Of a stretch of DNA of 64,000 nucleotides, positions 1-9,478 are shown in pieces. The position numbers were made by a program, and so were the translations under genes. How positions within the stretch are numbered: position 1 is the first letter of the stretch; every line of letters starts with the position of its first letter. Source of the DNA: Nitrospinae bacterium CG11_big_fil_rev_8_21_14_0_20_45_15 (GTDB lineage: Bacteria > Nitrospinota > Nitrospinia > Nitrospinales > VA-1); contig PCWG01000041.1 of NCBI GenBank assembly GCA_002787235.1, forward strand, positions 11,713-75,712. The letters run 5' to 3'. Under the pieces are notes generated by a model. The model saw nothing but the letters and a program-made list of their open reading frames with translations, did not search any database and was not told the origin of the DNA.

Positions 1-92
1 GATAATTATAAAATTATTTGTTAAATTTTTTAATCTTCTAACTCCTTGTGTGGGTGGGTCTTATGGGATGCGCTGATTCTTCGCATTAAAAT

Positions 93-108
93 TGGCATGG
101 GAGTTGCT
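93..108 (+). promoter_or_regulatory. Candidate sigma-54 (-24/-12) promoter upstream of the first pilin-like triad
   Basis: TGGCATGGGAGTTGCT has the spacing of the consensus TGGCAC-N5-TTGCW. The GG and GC doublets fall at consensus positions 2-3 and 14-15. It lies about 265 nt upstream of the 375 start. Confidence 0.5.
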
Positions 109-374
109 TTTGTTGGGGTGATTGGGCAAGTTTCCCAACTCATGGGTTGTAAGTGCAGGGTATTTGTGGGTTGACGGTTGGGTGTCGGCGAACGATATTT
201 TAAAATAATGATTATTAACTCTGAAACTCTTTGAAGTGATTAATGGTTGCGGTTTCTAATTATTGGATTATCATAAAATTATCAAAGTCAAATTATTTTA
301 AAAAATTTCATCGAACGACCGTTTGCAAGGTGTTTTGGTAATTTTGAGAACCATCTTAACTTGGAGAAATTGTT

Positions 375-1079
375 TTGAAAACTCAGGATAGGAAATCAGA
401 AATAATCCGGCCCGGAGATAGCGAAGGCGAAAAGGGTTTCAGTATGGTTGAGTTGCTCATCTCCATCGCATTATTCGGGGCAGGTGTCTTGGCCTATGGT
501 GGGATGACGGGCACTATCATCGGATTGGATAAAAGAAGCAAGATGGAAAGTATAGCGGTCACTCTTGCGCAAGATAAGATTGAGTATTTTAAGAACGTTG
601 CGCGTTCCAGTGAACTGCCATCCGATGGCAGTTTGACCAATCCCGCATTGTCGGGAGGGGTTTGGGATTCTTCGGGAGATGAAGTCGTGGATGAGTTGGG
701 TGCGACTGGAGGCTCGGATGCTCGTTACACAAGAACCTGGACGATCGAGCCTGTGGCGAATGCTAACCATCTCTACGATGTGGGTGTGAGTGTTGCCTGG
801 GTGGATAAAAGTTCACGAACTGAGACTTTGCATACTTTGATCAATCAGGATGTCGGCGTTGCCGTGGTGTCTGTTGCCGAACAAGCTGAAGACGATTCTG
901 CCAAAGACAAGGACAAGGACAGCGATTCTGCCAAAGATAAGGACAAGGACAGTGACTCTGCCAAAGATAAGGACAAGGACAGTGACTCTGCCAAAGATAA
1001 GGACAAGGACAGTGACAGCGGCGATAAAGACAAAGACAGTGACGCTTCTGCGAAGGATAAAGATAAGGACAGTGATTAA
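375..1079 (+). CDS. Prepilin-type N-terminal cleavage/methylation protein, PilV-like minor pilin (copy 1) with a C-terminal Lys/Asp repeat tail
   Basis: TTG start 7 nt after GGAGAA. Class III signal ...GEKG|FSMVELLISIALFG with Glu at +5 followed by a hydrophobic helix. The paralog at 3955 shares TLAQDKIE/LAQDKLE and RYTRTW/HFTRTW. Confidence 0.7.
   Translation: MKTQDRKSEIIRPGDSEGEKGFSMVELLISIALFGAGVLAYGGMTGTIIGLDKRSKMESIAVTLAQDKIEYFKNVARSSELPSDGSLTNPALSGGVWDSSGDEVVDELGATGGSDARYTRTWTIEPVANANHLYDVGVSVAWVDKSSRTETLHTLINQDVGVAVVSVAEQAEDDSAKDKDKDSDSAKDKDKDSDSAKDKDKDSDSAKDKDKDSDSGDKDKDSDASAKDKDKDSD
891..1076. repeat. In-frame 30-bp tandem repeat (about 4 near-identical units plus degenerate units) encoding (DSAKDKDKDS)n
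   Basis: gattctgccaaagayaaggacaaggacagy is repeated head to tail from 894. The last units are more diverged. Confidence 0.9.
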
Positions 1080-1218
1080 AACAGTTTAGAAGCAGGACCG
1101 TGGCTCAGGTCCAGGTAATTGTTTTAAAATTCTACCAATGCCAGGCGGGACTTGTGGGAGTTGTTGGGTTGCGCTCTGGGAATGATGATGGACAACGTCT
1201 TAAGGCTGGGGAAATCGC

Positions 1219-2007
1219 GTGAATATTCTAAAAAAAATAAAAAGAAACGAGCAGGACGGTGTGACTCTTGCGGAAATTTTGATAGGCATGGCGATCAGTT
1301 CGGCTTTGCTTATTGCGGTATTTAAGATTTTTATTCAGCAACAGAGTGCTTTCGAGAATTTAAACGACAGCACACTGATTCGGGCAAAAGGACGCTTGGC
1401 GATCAAGCTTCTGTCCAAAGAAATCAGGATGGCAGGGCATGGAATGCCCAAAAACTCAGGGATCGTTGCATTTGATTCCACTTCGATCACCTTTTATGTT
1501 GGCGGCGTATCGACGACGACCCCTCCAGGGTCTGCTGGAACCAAAGCGGTTGCAAGTGAGGATACGACGCTCAATGTGGTGAACGCAACGGGTTTTAGCG
1601 ATGGCAACAATGTGGTCATTCATGATCCGGCTTTGGGGACCACAGAGTTTGTTGAAATTGAAGGCACTCCTGAAACTGAAAGCAACCCCAATACCATTCC
1701 TCTGAAAGAGGCCGTGGTTCAGGATTTTATTTATGGCGTCAATTCCAATCTCGTGACAGTGACGGCATACAACACGGTGAAAATTTATCTCAATGACAAG
1801 AATGTTGTCAAAACGGTGGACGGTCAAGAGGTGACCGTTATTCAAGATGTTTCTTCTGGGGATGGTTTGTCATTTGACTTTTACGGCGCGGTTGAAACTT
1901 CCGCAATCGAAAAAGTTGGAATCACCATGAAGTTGATCGATCCTACTAATACCAGGGCAACCATTAATTTGAAATCAGACATAACTTTGAGGAATCAGCA
2001 GTCATGA
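1219..2007 (+). CDS. Prepilin-type protein, PilW-like minor pilin (copy 1)
   Basis: GTG start after GGGGAAA. N-terminus ...DG|VTLAEILIGMAISSALLIAVF with Glu at +5. The paralog at 4467 shares RAKGR..K.LSKE..MAG.G.P and TTPPG/STPPG. Confidence 0.65.
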   Translation: MNILKKIKRNEQDGVTLAEILIGMAISSALLIAVFKIFIQQQSAFENLNDSTLIRAKGRLAIKLLSKEIRMAGHGMPKNSGIVAFDSTSITFYVGGVSTTTPPGSAGTKAVASEDTTLNVVNATGFSDGNNVVIHDPALGTTEFVEIEGTPETESNPNTIPLKEAVVQDFIYGVNSNLVTVTAYNTVKIYLNDKNVVKTVDGQEVTVIQDVSSGDGLSFDFYGAVETSAIEKVGITMKLIDPTNTRATINLKSDITLRNQQS

Positions 2008-3737
2008 AAAAACTCAAAACGAGCTATATGCAATATGCAAAAAAAATGAGGGTTTCTCTAGAGTCGAATTTTTCTGGAGAGCAGGGGGTTGCCCTGATCA
2101 CAACGATGCTTTTCAGCTTTATCCTTGCCGCATTGGCATTGGTTGCCGTCAATTGGTCGACCACCGATAGAACGCGTTCGGCGCAATATATCAAGTCCCG
2201 TTCTGCTTTTTATATCGCCGAAGCGGGAATACAGAAGTCTCTGAATTACCTCAACTACGACGCAAATGGCAATGTGCCGGGCGATGCGGGAGAGGGCTTC
2301 ACCAGTGTGCTGACCAATTTCTTGACAACGCATTCGGCGGATTTGACCGATGTTTCTTATGCGAATGGAACTTTCAATGTCAGCGTGAGCGACAATGATG
2401 ACAATGACAGCGATGGCACGACGGATGTTGACAATACCATCGAGTTGGTTTCCAAAGGAACGAAGGGTAGTACAGAGGTTTCTGTTCGTGCGGTCATACA
2501 TCGCGCTTTGTACAGCCCGGAACACGCCATCGCAACCGAAAGCGCGTTGACCTTTACAGGCAACACCTCCGTCGATGGGACCAAAGGGAGTGTTCATGCC
2601 AATGGCTCCATTACAGGATCTTCCAATGATGTTTCACAAGGGATCACTTCGGCAGACTCCTGCGATTCGCCTTGTACCGTCGTTGGTGCAGAAAACTTTC
2701 CTCAAATCAAGCAGTCAACTTTGGGATCGTACGCAGATTATAACCTCAAAAGTGATGGAACGATCACCAATGCCGAGGGCACGACTTTGGTTCCCGACGA
2801 CAATAATCTGAGCAATCTGGCATATGCAAACACGGCCGATTACGAAGGCTGGCTGGCCTGGGATACCAATGCAGAAGGGCTTTATTATGTGGATGGCAAC
2901 ATCAAGTTCATTGATGCGAGTGTTAAGGATGATGGCTCTTGCTCTAGTGGCAAAGTGCTGATCTGCCATTTGCCCCCGGGAAATCCGGAAAATCAGATTC
3001 AAAAGTGTTTGCCACAACCCGCTGTAGCGGCTCATCTGGCTCATGGTGATACTGAGGGCTTGTGTGGGGATGCTGTCGCATCCGCAGATGGAGATAAGGA
3101 CAAAGACAGTGACAGTGGTGACAAAGATAAGGACAGCGACTCTGCCAAAGATAAAGATAAGGACAAAGACAGTGACAGCGCAAGCCTTCTGCTGGATCTT
3201 TTGTTGCCGAATGTCGCACTGGCCGCAGATAGTGATAAAGACAAAGACAGTGACTCTGCCAAAGATAAAGACAAGGACGGCGACAAAGATAAAGATAAGG
3301 ATAAGGATAAGGATAAGGACAAGGACGGCGACAAGGACAAGGATAAAGACAAAGATAAGGACAGTGATAAGGACGCGTGGAAGGTGTCTGTCATTGCCGA
3401 AGGCAATATCCTGGTCGAAGGAACTCAGAATCTCTTGGACTACAAGAAGAGTTCTCGCTCGGCAGATATCCAGAACCTGTTTTTTCTAGCGGGGGGCGAT
3501 ATCAATATGGAAGGAACCCTTTCGAATACAATCGAGGGGATCATTGCCGCCAAGGAGCAAATCAACATGGCGGGTAAAATGACACTCAAGGGTTATATCA
3601 TTGCAACGAGTGAAACGAATGACAGCTCGGTTGTCACAAGCAACTCGATTTCTAAAGACTTGACGGTTACCTTTCAGGGTTACGGCAATCCGTTCTTAAC
3701 CAAGACGGTGGAAGTGCTTTCCTGGAAGGAATTGTAA
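2004..3737 (+). CDS. PilX/GspK-like large minor pilin (copy 1) with a solenoid-like C-terminal region, a Cys-rich module and KD repeats
   Basis: ATGA overlap with the upstream gene. ...GEQG|VALITTMLFSFILAALALVAV lacks Glu at +5 and is followed by AFYIAEAGIQKSLNYLNYD (PilX_N-like). An internal start at 2046 is possible. Confidence 0.6.
   Translation: MKKLKTSYMQYAKKMRVSLESNFSGEQGVALITTMLFSFILAALALVAVNWSTTDRTRSAQYIKSRSAFYIAEAGIQKSLNYLNYDANGNVPGDAGEGFTSVLTNFLTTHSADLTDVSYANGTFNVSVSDNDDNDSDGTTDVDNTIELVSKGTKGSTEVSVRAVIHRALYSPEHAIATESALTFTGNTSVDGTKGSVHANGSITGSSNDVSQGITSADSCDSPCTVVGAENFPQIKQSTLGSYADYNLKSDGTITNAEGTTLVPDDNNLSNLAYANTADYEGWLAWDTNAEGLYYVDGNIKFIDASVKDDGSCSSGKVLICHLPPGNPENQIQKCLPQPAVAAHLAHGDTEGLCGDAVASADGDKDKDSDSGDKDKDSDSAKDKDKDKDSDSASLLLDLLLPNVALAADSDKDKDSDSAKDKDKDGDKDKDKDKDKDKDKDGDKDKDKDKDKDSDKDAWKVSVIAEGNILVEGTQNLLDYKKSSRSADIQNLFFLAGGDINMEGTLSNTIEGIIAAKEQINMAGKMTLKGYIIATSETNDSSVVTSNSISKDLTVTFQGYGNPFLTKTVEVLSWKEL
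3087..3374. repeat. Hexanucleotide-periodic GAY-AAR (Asp-Lys) repeat tracts inside PilX-like copy 1, related at DNA level to 891-1076
   Basis: Runs of gataaggacaaagac, including gacagtgactctgccaaagataa shared with the 891-1076 repeat. They are interrupted by a hydrophobic SLLLDLLLPNVALAA segment. Confidence 0.85.
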
Positions 3738-3775
3738 AACCGGAAATATTATTTTCGGTTTTGTTTGGAAACTGA

Positions 3776-3805
3776 AAACGGGGGGAGTTTCTCCCCCCGT
3801 TTTTG
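3776..3805 (+). terminator. Rho-independent terminator ending the first triad
   Basis: aaaacgggggag-ttt-ctccccccgtttt: a GC-rich perfect stem followed by a T run, 39 nt after the 3737 stop. A weaker AT-rich hairpin lies at 3737-3763. Confidence 0.8.
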
Positions 3806-3954
3806 GGGATTGAATAAAAAACCTTCTATCTCTGTAAATGTAAAAACAGGTAGTTTCACTTCACTTGTTTCCCCACTGTTTACCCCGTTATTCTTTGTGT
3901 GTTTGTGCGGTTATGCCGTTTCTCAAAAATAGCAGCTTCTATCCAGAGAGAATA

Positions 3955-4470
3955 ATGACTTTGCTGAATTATAATTTCATCCGAAAGGCACATCCCTTGA
4001 AAAAAGTGACAGCGGGCGATTTTGAAAGCAAAAACAGCCTGGGGGCTCAGGAGAGTGGTTTTACATTGGTCGAGATCCTGGTGGCGGTCGTGATACTTGC
4101 GATCGGTTTGTTTTTATTTCTCTCCACATCAGGTTCCATCATGACTAGAAATCAAAAGAGCAGTAATGAAACGATTGCCACTACGTTGGCTCAGGACAAA
4201 TTGGAGCTCATACAAAATACAGCCTTGACCGTATCTTTATCAGGCGCGGATGGATTGGCATCGCCATCCTATTCATCGGGGTGGACCGCGAATGCGAGCG
4301 GAGAGACCATTGACGCCTCTGGAAATACGGGAACTCCGGGTGCTCACTTCACTCGAACCTGGTCGATTGCAGCAGATGGAACCTTGTTTTTTTATTATCT
4401 GGTGACCGTTACGGTGACATGGAACAACGGTGCAAATTCTGTTGTGCTGACCACACAAATTTCACAATGA
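3955..4470 (+). CDS. PilV-like minor pilin (copy 2)
   Basis: ...QESG|FTLVEILVAVVILAIGLF prepilin signal with Glu at +5. I prefer ATG 3955 over the 3865 ORF start because the extra N-terminus looks non-coding. Paralog of 375-1079 without the KD tail. Confidence 0.7.
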   Translation: MTLLNYNFIRKAHPLKKVTAGDFESKNSLGAQESGFTLVEILVAVVILAIGLFLFLSTSGSIMTRNQKSSNETIATTLAQDKLELIQNTALTVSLSGADGLASPSYSSGWTANASGETIDASGNTGTPGAHFTRTWSIAADGTLFFYYLVTVTVTWNNGANSVVLTTQISQ

Positions 4471-5267
4471 GCAAGGACGGCAAAATGCCGAATGAAAAAA
4501 TGTTGAATCATCCCCCAAAAAAGTTTCTTGACGAGCGTGGATTCACCATCGTGGAGATGCTGATTGCTTCTCTGATCGGGGTGATTGTTTTGGGCGCGAC
4601 CATTTACATTTTTACGTTACAGGAAGATGTCTTGAATTCGGAGAATTCCTCCACCGATATTCGGGCAAAGGGCAGACATGCCATGAAGGTTCTGTCCAAA
4701 GAGTTGAAGATGGCGGGGTTTGGTTTGCCCACGAAGGAAAGTGTTACCGCGATCAGTTCAACCTCCATCAGTTATCGAGTCAACAATGACGATGTTCGCA
4801 CCAGCACTCCACCGGGAGCTTCGGGAACGACAATCACCACTGCGGGAGATACGGTCATTACGGTCGTAAATGGATCTGTTTTTACAGATGGTGATAAAAT
4901 TGTCATCTACAATCCAAGTTTTGGGCGGGCGGAATACAATATTGTTGATGGCACACCGACAACGACCAGTATTCCTTTAGATACCGCGTTGATAAACGGT
5001 TACGTAGCCAGTGCCAATGCAAAACTGGTAACGATCAACAAGTACAACGATGTGACCCTTGGCCTATCGGGAACCACTATCACAAAAACCGTGGACAGTG
5101 GATCGCCGGTTACTCTGGTGGGTGAAGTGTCCAATCTGTCCTTCGATTTTTATGGGGTCACCGAGACCTCACTTGTGAAGAGGGTTGGCGTCACGATCAA
5201 CATGCAGGATTCTAACGATTCTAGTATTACCTTCGATTATAAATCTGACGTCATTCTGAGAAATTAA
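4467..5267 (+). CDS. PilW-like minor pilin (copy 2)
   Basis: The ATG at 4467 overlaps the upstream stop (ATGA). ...DERG|FTIVEMLIASLIGVIVLG with Glu at +5. Collinear similarity to 1219-2007. Confidence 0.65.
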   Translation: MSKDGKMPNEKMLNHPPKKFLDERGFTIVEMLIASLIGVIVLGATIYIFTLQEDVLNSENSSTDIRAKGRHAMKVLSKELKMAGFGLPTKESVTAISSTSISYRVNNDDVRTSTPPGASGTTITTAGDTVITVVNGSVFTDGDKIVIYNPSFGRAEYNIVDGTPTTTSIPLDTALINGYVASANAKLVTINKYNDVTLGLSGTTITKTVDSGSPVTLVGEVSNLSFDFYGVTETSLVKRVGVTINMQDSNDSSITFDYKSDVILRN

Positions 5268-5275
5268 AGAGGTCT

Positions 5276-6613
5276 ATGATGATGACTTTTAAAAATTGGC
5301 TTCGAGAAGAAGGTATGCGGCTTAGAGGTTATTTCTCCAGACAAGAAGGGGTTGCGTTGACGACCGCTCTGATTTTATTGGTCGTGTTATCTGCTCTGGC
5401 CTTTGTTTCTGTTCGGTGGACGGCGCAAGACATTCCTCGCACCAAAAATTTTACCAAAACACGCCAGGCCGCCTATATTGCTGAAGCGGGATTTCATCGA
5501 GCGGTCAATTATTTTAATTACGATGCGACCGGGAAAAGTCCGGGAGAATTGAGCAACGGATTCACTGACGAAATCAATGGTAGCAACTGGCCATCGGGGA
5601 CGTTTACAAACATTGCCATGGGTGCAGGGACATACACGGTTACAATTGTCGATAATTCTGACGATGGCGATCAAACGACCGATAGTGACAATGCCGTGAT
5701 TCTGACTTCAACGGGAACCGTCGGAGGGGTGGAGGTCAAGGTGGAAGGAACATTGGTCCGCGCCTTGTATCAGGCTCAGCATGCCCTTGCTACTGATGGC
5801 GATTTGCTTGTCTCCGGGAATCCGACAATAACCGGAAGCAATGGAAGCGTTCATTCCAACAGTGATTTGAGTCTTACCGGGAATCCATCGGTCAGTTCGA
5901 CCGCAACCGCATCGGGAACATTTACCGCGACCGGAAGCCCCTCAGTTGGAGGTGGCACCGCGAGTGGAGCTACGACGGAGGGTATTCCTGTCGTGAACAT
6001 CTCAGATTATAAAAGTACTTCTCAATATGTATTGGGAGCCGACGGTATCGTACGCAACGGAGGCGGGACATTCATCCACGACACCAGTGTCAGTGGAAAT
6101 TTCAGGACCTCTGGCAATGCAAATAAAGGTTGGGGCTACAGTGCGGGGCCGCCCGTCGTTTGGGATTTAGGAGATGATGAAGCATTTGAAGGGACTTATT
6201 ATGTTGAAGGCAGTGCTGAGATGAGTAACAGTGGTTCTTCCGCACATCCATTCGATGTTACCGTCATTGCGGAAGGTCATATTACAGTAGGGGGAAATGC
6301 CACCTTGAGAAATAAGAAGCTGGCCTCCGACCCCGAAGAAGTTCAGAATATTTTCCTGATGGCAGGAACCGATATCGATTTGCAGGGAAATATCAGTAAC
6401 TCCGTACAAGGGATGATTTACGCTGGAGAGCAAATCGAGATATCGGGCAATCCCACCATCAATGGATTTGTTCTCGCCGCAGATTCTGCCGCGTCAGACA
6501 GTGAAGTGACGGCGAACAAGGTGAATGGAAATCCCACGATCACCTACAATGGAGGTTCTGTTTCGCCATTTTTCAGCAACAAAGTCACCGTGACCTCCTG
6601 GCAAGAGTTGTAG
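5276..6613 (+). CDS. PilX/GspK-like large minor pilin (copy 2), solenoid-like C-terminal region
   Basis: ...RQEG|VALTTALILLVVLSALAFVSV (no Glu at +5) followed by AAYIAEAGFHRAVNYFNYD. The C-terminus VTVTSWQEL matches VEVLSWKEL of copy 1. Confidence 0.6.
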   Translation: MMMTFKNWLREEGMRLRGYFSRQEGVALTTALILLVVLSALAFVSVRWTAQDIPRTKNFTKTRQAAYIAEAGFHRAVNYFNYDATGKSPGELSNGFTDEINGSNWPSGTFTNIAMGAGTYTVTIVDNSDDGDQTTDSDNAVILTSTGTVGGVEVKVEGTLVRALYQAQHALATDGDLLVSGNPTITGSNGSVHSNSDLSLTGNPSVSSTATASGTFTATGSPSVGGGTASGATTEGIPVVNISDYKSTSQYVLGADGIVRNGGGTFIHDTSVSGNFRTSGNANKGWGYSAGPPVVWDLGDDEAFEGTYYVEGSAEMSNSGSSAHPFDVTVIAEGHITVGGNATLRNKKLASDPEEVQNIFLMAGTDIDLQGNISNSVQGMIYAGEQIEISGNPTINGFVLAADSAASDSEVTANKVNGNPTITYNGGSVSPFFSNKVTVTSWQEL

Positions 6614-6819
6614 CCGCGACGATTGACCCTGTATCGGCTATATTTCCCCTATTGTCAACTCGTTTTCCCATGCCTTGAAATCATCACACAAACGGATGAT
6701 AACTCCGCGTTCGTGTCATCCCTCCCTCCTGTCGAGTTTGTTTTTCAAAAACCATTGAAGTTAAAAGAAAATTGCGGTACTTTGGTCAGTTCCTTTAACC
6801 CCATTTAGAAATCCCCGCA

Positions 6820-8265
6820 ATGCCATTTGAAGGGTCAGCAAAAATTATAATTGACCAAAGACCGCTTTGGATCGTGATACTCGACCGCTCGCGCCGGGCG
6901 TTGTTTCTGCTTCTGTTCTTTTCTTTATTTGCGTTTTTTCTCAGTCTGGATGGCCCCGACGATCTCTCCCTCGAAGGCTACAGAACCCTTTGTCTGTTTG
7001 GATTGTGTGTCTGTTTGTGGGCGACCAATTTGATTCCCCTTTCGATCACCAGTTTTCTGGTCATTGGAGCCGTTCCCATGCTGGGGATCATGGATTCCGC
7101 GCAGGCCTATTCCTTTTTTGGCAACAAAGCCGTATTTTTCATATTGGGAGCCTTCATCCTTTCGGCGGCGATGATCGCCAGCGGCTTGAGCTCTCGACTT
7201 TCCATGTGGTTTTTAGGGAAATGGGGAGACAGTCCCGTCCGTCTGATCAGTGGCATTTATTTTTTCTCAGCAGTCAGTTCCTGTTTCATGTCCGAGCATG
7301 CCGTTGCGGCGATGTTATTTCCGTTGGTGATGGAGCTGGTCGTTATTTTGAAACTCGAGCGTGGCAAGTCACAACTTGGGAAATCGTTGTTTTTTGCGCT
7401 CGGTTGGGGGTGCATCATCGGAGGTTCCATGACGGTTATGGGCGGAGCCCGTGTCCCTCTTGCGATCGAAATCCTTGAAAAAATCACTCAGGGAGCCCAT
7501 ACAGTTGGATTCGTGCAATACACGACTCTGAGTTTTCCCTTAGTGCTTATTCTTCTCGCAACGGGTTGGTTCACCTTGATTTTTATGTTCACACCGGAAA
7601 AAGTGGACACAGAGCCTGTATGTAAAATGTTGCGAGAAAAGTATGAAGAACTTGGCGGATTGAAATTTCGCGAAAAAGGCGTTGCTTTGGTGATGGTGAC
7701 CACGATATGCGCCTGGTTTGTTTATGGCGATGATGTGGGTATCGCAAACATAGCAATCATTGCAACGGTTGTGCTGTTCACCTTGAACCTGATCAATTGG
7801 AAAATGGTGGAAGAACACGTCAACTGGGCGATCATTTTGATGTATGGCGGGGCGATTTGTCTGGGAGAGGTGATGGCAAGCACGGGCGCGGCCCATTGGC
7901 TGGCGCAAAAGTGTTTTGATGGAGTGGTTGAATCTTCAGGAATGTTTTTAATCGTTTTAGCATTGCTCTCGACGATTTTCACCACCTTCATGAGCAATTC
8001 AGCCGTTATTGCCGTGTTGTTGCCGCCCGCAGTCACTCTTTGCGACAGTTACGGCATCAGCCCCGCACTGGCGACGATGGCCATCGTGATCCCGAGTAAT
8101 TTTGCGTTCATCCTTCCCATTGCGACACCGGCTTCTGCCCTGGCCTATTCTTCACGGTTCATCCCCTTGGGAGACATGATGAAATCGGGGCTACTGCTCA
8201 GCTTCATGGGGATGCTGGCCTTTTACTTTCTGCTATTGATTTACTGGCCCCTGTTCGGATTTTAA
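6820..8265 (+). CDS. SLC13/DASS-family anion (di/tricarboxylate or sulfate):cation symporter
   Basis: 481-aa polytopic membrane protein. The two-halves architecture and WATNLIPLSITSFLVIG / SNSAVIAVLLP motifs are typical of the ArsB/NhaD-SLC13 permease superfamily. Confidence 0.65.
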   Translation: MPFEGSAKIIIDQRPLWIVILDRSRRALFLLLFFSLFAFFLSLDGPDDLSLEGYRTLCLFGLCVCLWATNLIPLSITSFLVIGAVPMLGIMDSAQAYSFFGNKAVFFILGAFILSAAMIASGLSSRLSMWFLGKWGDSPVRLISGIYFFSAVSSCFMSEHAVAAMLFPLVMELVVILKLERGKSQLGKSLFFALGWGCIIGGSMTVMGGARVPLAIEILEKITQGAHTVGFVQYTTLSFPLVLILLATGWFTLIFMFTPEKVDTEPVCKMLREKYEELGGLKFREKGVALVMVTTICAWFVYGDDVGIANIAIIATVVLFTLNLINWKMVEEHVNWAIILMYGGAICLGEVMASTGAAHWLAQKCFDGVVESSGMFLIVLALLSTIFTTFMSNSAVIAVLLPPAVTLCDSYGISPALATMAIVIPSNFAFILPIATPASALAYSSRFIPLGDMMKSGLLLSFMGMLAFYFLLLIYWPLFGF

Positions 8266-8287
8266 CAGCTCAAAAGACAGAAGGCGG

Positions 8288-9409
<1,122 letters not shown>

Positions 9410-9478
9410 CTAAACGAAGTGGCACGGGTCGAAAAGATATCGACGGGTGCGGAGTTATTAAGGAGATGCGATGCGGGT

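Noticed and set aside
40-200. G-run-rich stretch (gtgtgggtgggtc..., ttggggtgattggg, gggtatttgtgggttgacggttggg), considered as a G-quadruplex
   Set aside because: I never find four GGG runs with loops of 7 nt or less in one stretch, so this is only weak, non-canonical potential.
845-1033. Minus-strand ORF encoding SLSLSL repeats, and likewise 3041-3406 (-) and the plus-frame ORFs 850-1089 and 3043-3489
   Set aside because: These are frame artefacts of the GAY-AAR repeat. The repeat stays open in several frames, and the pilin-like frame is supported by flanking non-repetitive sequence.
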